Assembly: GCA_963845065.1 (NCBI GenBank)
Contig: CAWJQQ010000007.1
Span: forward strand, 62,988 to 126,987
Direction: 5' to 3'
DNA from: Nitrospirota bacterium
Lineage (GTDB): Bacteria > Nitrospirota > UBA9217
Length of the DNA: 64,000 nt
The notes under the pieces were generated by a model. The model made no database searches. It was not told the DNA's origin and saw only the letters and a list, made by a program, of their open reading frames with translations. The stretch's first letter is position 1. The number at the start of each line of letters is the position of its first letter. Positions 60,437 through 64,000 of the stretch are shown here, one piece after another. Both the position numbers and the translations under genes were made by a program.

Positions 60437-61180
60437 TTACGGATATGTAACGTTGACCAAATAAAGCCCATGAGGGGGAGCTGTCCTGCCTGCTTCTTTC
60501 CTGTCGTGCGAGCTCAAAATTCGCTTCACATCATCAGGGCTGAACCTTCCGACACCAACATCAGCAAGAGTCCCGGTGATAATACGAACCATATACTGTA
60601 AAAAAGAATCAGCCTCGATCTCGAGTTTAACAAAATCACCACTTTTTTTTATAGATGCCGATAGTATGGTACGCACGGGAGATATAGCAGTGCACCCCGA
60701 ACCCCGGAACGCGGAAAAATCATGTCTGCCTATGAGAAATTCCAGACCTTTTCGCATGTTCGAAATGTTCATCGGTATATTAATATGCCATGCAAACTTG
60801 CGGTATAGCGCAGACGGCTCGCGCCTGTGCAGAATGCGGTATTGATACGTCTTCCCCAATGCTGTATACCGGGCATGAAAATCGTGAGCAACTTCCTCGG
60901 ATGCCAGTACCCTGATGTCATCAGGCAGAAGATGGTTTAAAGCCGGCGCCCAAGCCGCTGCAGGTATTGTATTGGATGTCTTGAAGTTCGCAACGTGTCC
61001 CCACGCATGTACACCGGCATCGGTTCTGCCTGAAGAATATGTAATTATTTTTTCTTGTGCAAGTACGTTGAGGGCTAATTCCAGAGTTTCCTGGATTGTG
61101 GCATTTCCGCTTCGCGCTTGAGTTTGCCAGCCGTGATAATTCGTCCCGTCATATTCGAGAATAAGCTTTATGTTCCGCAT
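60437..61180 (-). CDS. truA: tRNA pseudouridine(38-40) synthase
   Basis: EYDGTNYHGWQ, SGRTDAGVHA, HDFSAF, FLQYMVR, TAPPHGLYL. Confidence 0.97.
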   Translation of the reverse strand: MRNIKLILEYDGTNYHGWQTQARSGNATIQETLELALNVLAQEKIITYSSGRTDAGVHAWGHVANFKTSNTIPAAAWAPALNHLLPDDIRVLASEEVAHDFHARYTALGKTYQYRILHRREPSALYRKFAWHINIPMNISNMRKGLEFLIGRHDFSAFRGSGCTAISPVRTILSASIKKSGDFVKLEIEADSFLQYMVRIITGTLADVGVGRFSPDDVKRILSSHDRKEAGRTAPPHGLYLVNVTYP

Positions 61181-61252
61181 GCTCTGTATATAGCAGAGAG
61201 AATAATTAATGTCCACTTCTCTTCCACCCACTGTATGTCCCCTGTTTATAGG

Positions 61253-61954
61253 TCACTCCCCCAAATATGCTTTCTTGATCCCTGGATCCTTTTCCAGAAG
61301 CGAAGCTTGGCCCTGCATTACAATCTTGCCGGTCTCCAAAACATAGGCTCGATGGGCCAACCGGAGTGCGGCCTTTGCGTTCTGCTCCACCAGAAGAATA
61401 GTCATGCCCTGTTGGTTGATCTCTTGAATAATCCTAAATATTCTGGCTACAATGATTGGTGCAAGACCGAGAGAAGGTTCATCAAGGAGCAACAGTTTTG
61501 GCTTGGACATGAGCGCCCTGCCGATTGCAAGCATCTGCTGCTCCCCACCCGAGAGCGTCCCACCAAGCTGCCTGCGCCGCTCGGCAAGCGTGGGGAACAA
61601 TACGTACACATGCTCGATTACTTCGGAAAGATCCTGACCATTTCTCGAAAACGCTCCTATCTCGAGGTTTTCGCTCACAGTCATGCGGGGGAAAATACGC
61701 CGTCCTTCAGGTACTTGCGAAACGCCCATGGTGACAATCTCATGCACTGGTCTGCCAGATATTTGAATACCATTATACAATATCATTCCACGCCGCAGAG
61801 CGGTGACGCCGGATATCGACATAAGCGTCGTGGATTTTCCGGCGCCATTCGCGCCTATAAGCGCCACAATCTCACCCTGTCCCACCGTCAGGCTGATGCC
61901 CTTGAGTGCATCGATCATGCCGTAAGAGACAGTCGCATCCATGAGATCAAGCAT
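61253..61954 (-). CDS. livF: Branched-chain amino acid ABC ATPase
   Basis: GANGAGKST, VPEGRRIF, LSGGEQQM, LDEPSLGLAP, VEQN. Confidence 0.95.
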   Translation of the reverse strand: MLDLMDATVSYGMIDALKGISLTVGQGEIVALIGANGAGKSTTLMSISGVTALRRGMILYNGIQISGRPVHEIVTMGVSQVPEGRRIFPRMTVSENLEIGAFSRNGQDLSEVIEHVYVLFPTLAERRRQLGGTLSGGEQQMLAIGRALMSKPKLLLLDEPSLGLAPIIVARIFRIIQEINQQGMTILLVEQNAKAALRLAHRAYVLETGKIVMQGQASLLEKDPGIKKAYLGE

Positions 61955-62717
61955 GCGGGTGCTCCTTGCCGAGATAGGCCTCGATCACATCAGGATTGCT
62001 TTGGATATCTTTTGGCAGTCCCTCGGCAATTTTGACCCCGTGGTCGAGTACGATCACGCGGTCCGATATGCCCATGACGACCTTCATGTCATGTTCAATT
62101 AAAAGAATAGCAACTCCGTTGTCCCTGATTCTGCGTATAAGACCCATCAGGTCCTGCGTCTCTAGCGGGTTCATTCCGGCTGCTGGCTCGTCCAGGAGCA
62201 GCAGGTGCGGCTCGGTCCCAAGTGCACGAGCGACTTCCAATCGCCGCTGATCTCCATAGGACAGGTTCTCGGCAATGGTATCATTCTGGTCTTCGAGCCC
62301 TACAAACTTTAAAATATCCGCAGCTAAGTATCCCATGTCACGCTCTTCTTTTTTTACTTTGTCCGTCCGGAAAAGCGCTCCGAAAAAACCCGCGGTCGTC
62401 CGACAATGTGCTGCGACCATGACGTTCTCAGCGCACGTCATCCCCTTAAATAATCTAATATTTTGAAACGTCCGTGCAATGCCGAGTGCTGTGATCTCAT
62501 GAGGTCGCATTGCAGTAACATCCCGGTCGTGAAAAAAGACGCCCCCTTTCGTAGGCCGATACATTCCGGTGACGCAGTTGAAAAGAGTTGTTTTGCCTGC
62601 ACCATTCGGGCCAATGATACTCACTATTCTTTCACGCTCGACACGCAAGTAAATTTCCTCAAGCGCTTTAAGCCCGCCGAAATGTTTTGTCAAGTTTTTT
62701 GTCTCTAATAACAACAT
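61947..62717 (-). CDS. livG: Branched-chain amino acid ABC ATPase
   Basis: GPNGAGKTT, ARTFQNIRLF, LSYG.QRRLE, DEPAAGMN, IEHDM. Confidence 0.95.
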   Translation of the reverse strand: MLLLETKNLTKHFGGLKALEEIYLRVERERIVSIIGPNGAGKTTLFNCVTGMYRPTKGGVFFHDRDVTAMRPHEITALGIARTFQNIRLFKGMTCAENVMVAAHCRTTAGFFGALFRTDKVKKEERDMGYLAADILKFVGLEDQNDTIAENLSYGDQRRLEVARALGTEPHLLLLDEPAAGMNPLETQDLMGLIRRIRDNGVAILLIEHDMKVVMGISDRVIVLDHGVKIAEGLPKDIQSNPDVIEAYLGKEHPHA

Positions 62718-62753
62718 ATCACTTTAACCGATTGAAATATTGTAAATAAACAG

Positions 62754-63908
62754 TCAAATTATTTTTTTCACTGAGCCTAAAAGACCCTGTGGCCTGAATA
62801 TCATCATAAGAACCAGAGCCGCGCCGAAGGCCAGCATGCGGTAATCCTGAAAATCGCGAAACACCTCTGGAAGCGTAATCAGGAGAAGCGCACCAAGAAT
62901 GATACCCGGAATGCTGCCCATACCGCCGAGGACTACCATGCATAGGATCATGACAGACTCAAAAAAAGTAAAGCTTTCCGGTGATACAAAGGCCATTTTT
63001 GCGGCAAAAAAAACGCCAGTCAAACCGGCCCACGAGGAACCGAGCACGAAAGCGAGTAATTTAAGCCGGAAGGTATTGATCCCCATTGCCTCGGCCGCAA
63101 TCTCATCTTCACGGATCGCGATCCATGCTCTGCCGATTCGTGACGCCATGATTCGCTTCATGGCGAAAACTGTTCCTACTGTAATAATCAGAATGAGATA
63201 ATAAAAATCGAAAGTCGTATGAAGTACGTATCCTGCCAATACCGGTCTTCCCACCTGCGAAATACCGTTTGGTCCGCCGGTCATACTATCCCAGTTGTTC
63301 AGTATGATACGAGTTATTTCACCGATTCCGAGCGTGACAATCGCAAAGTAGTCTCCCCGTAATCTCAGCGTCGGCAAGCCCAGCACTACTGCGAAGACGG
63401 CAGCCATCGCTCCTCCAACCACAAGGCCGGGCCAGAACGAGAGACCGAACTTTGTAGATAGGATCGCATAGGTATAAGCTCCAATAGCATAAAACGCCAC
63501 ATATCCAAGGTTCAACAGCCCCGTCTGACCCACTATGATATTCAAACCCAGAGCGAGAACGATATAAATACCGGTCAGGGTCATGATATCCCGGTAATAA
63601 TCATTCAGGAAAAAAGGCAAGATGATCAAGAAAGTTAGTATGAAGGCTACCGTAAAAGGAGAATCGATAAACCTGGTAAACGATGAAATGTGCGATGACA
63701 CTTTAGCTAATATGACAGAAAGCGACTTATGAAGAGACTTGACTACATCATGGCTAGACAAGCGCCAAAGAGACATGATAACGAGTGCTACAGTAAAAAT
63801 TAGAACCGAGTTGCCGATACCGGTAAACGGTAGAGTTAGCAAACCAGCCCAGAGCGGAAGCAGAAGGATATGGATAAATGTTTTTATTCGGGTATTCAAA
63901 ATGGCCAT
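62754..63908 (-). CDS. livM: Branched-chain amino acid ABC permease
   Basis: GLNIIVG.TGLLNLG..AFYAIGAY, LRLRGDYFAIVTLG, AIREDE.AA. Confidence 0.95.
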   Translation of the reverse strand: MAILNTRIKTFIHILLLPLWAGLLTLPFTGIGNSVLIFTVALVIMSLWRLSSHDVVKSLHKSLSVILAKVSSHISSFTRFIDSPFTVAFILTFLIILPFFLNDYYRDIMTLTGIYIVLALGLNIIVGQTGLLNLGYVAFYAIGAYTYAILSTKFGLSFWPGLVVGGAMAAVFAVVLGLPTLRLRGDYFAIVTLGIGEITRIILNNWDSMTGGPNGISQVGRPVLAGYVLHTTFDFYYLILIITVGTVFAMKRIMASRIGRAWIAIREDEIAAEAMGINTFRLKLLAFVLGSSWAGLTGVFFAAKMAFVSPESFTFFESVMILCMVVLGGMGSIPGIILGALLLITLPEVFRDFQDYRMLAFGAALVLMMIFRPQGLLGSVKKII

Positions 63909-63970
63909 TACAAGCTGAAATTATCGCATAAAATTTACAGGATTTCAAGGCATTGTTGTACGCATGTCAG

Positions 63971-64000
63971 TTGACATCCTCCCCGGCCTCACGGACGGGG
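63971..64000 (-). mobile_element. Right end of an IS200/IS605 element running off the window
   Basis: Minus strand CCCCGTCC-GTGA-GGCCGGGG-AGGATG-TCAA; same hairpin as the left end at 8104-8123. Confidence 0.75.

Overview
64 kb of a diderm, probably anaerobic or microaerobic bacterium; the gene content looks Nitrospirota/Desulfobacterota-like (inference only). Housekeeping blocks are rplU-rpmA-obgE-proB-tlpA-proA-nadD-rsfS-rlmH-lapB-gpmI, rpmB and livM-livG-livF-truA. Accessory modules are pilB facing a REC-HD-GYP gene, a fur-feoB-dtxR/feoA operon, a 7-gene uncharacterised envelope cluster (two LPP20-like paralogues, TPR-SLH, transglutaminase, DUF799-like, CsgG/FlgT-like, FecR-like), a stress cluster (ahpC, rrf2, HPP, CBS, protoglobin-PsiE, rubredoxin) and a TetR-TolC-EmrAB pump. 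The best candidate for an undescribed system is a secreted His/Cys-rich beta-propeller with a CxxCH motif, followed by a MacB/Lol-type ABC transporter, a TPR lipoprotein and NosL, converging on a sigma54-driven heptaheme cytochrome c plus cytochrome b pair. The window also carries about a dozen IS200/IS605-family elements, MITEs and orphan ends whose cleavage sites can be read from the TnpA guide rule, one IS630, one IS4, and several pseudogenes (prmA, a thermonuclease, response regulators). No rRNA, tRNA or CRISPR array was seen. All calls come from reading sequence and motifs by eye; no searches were run.
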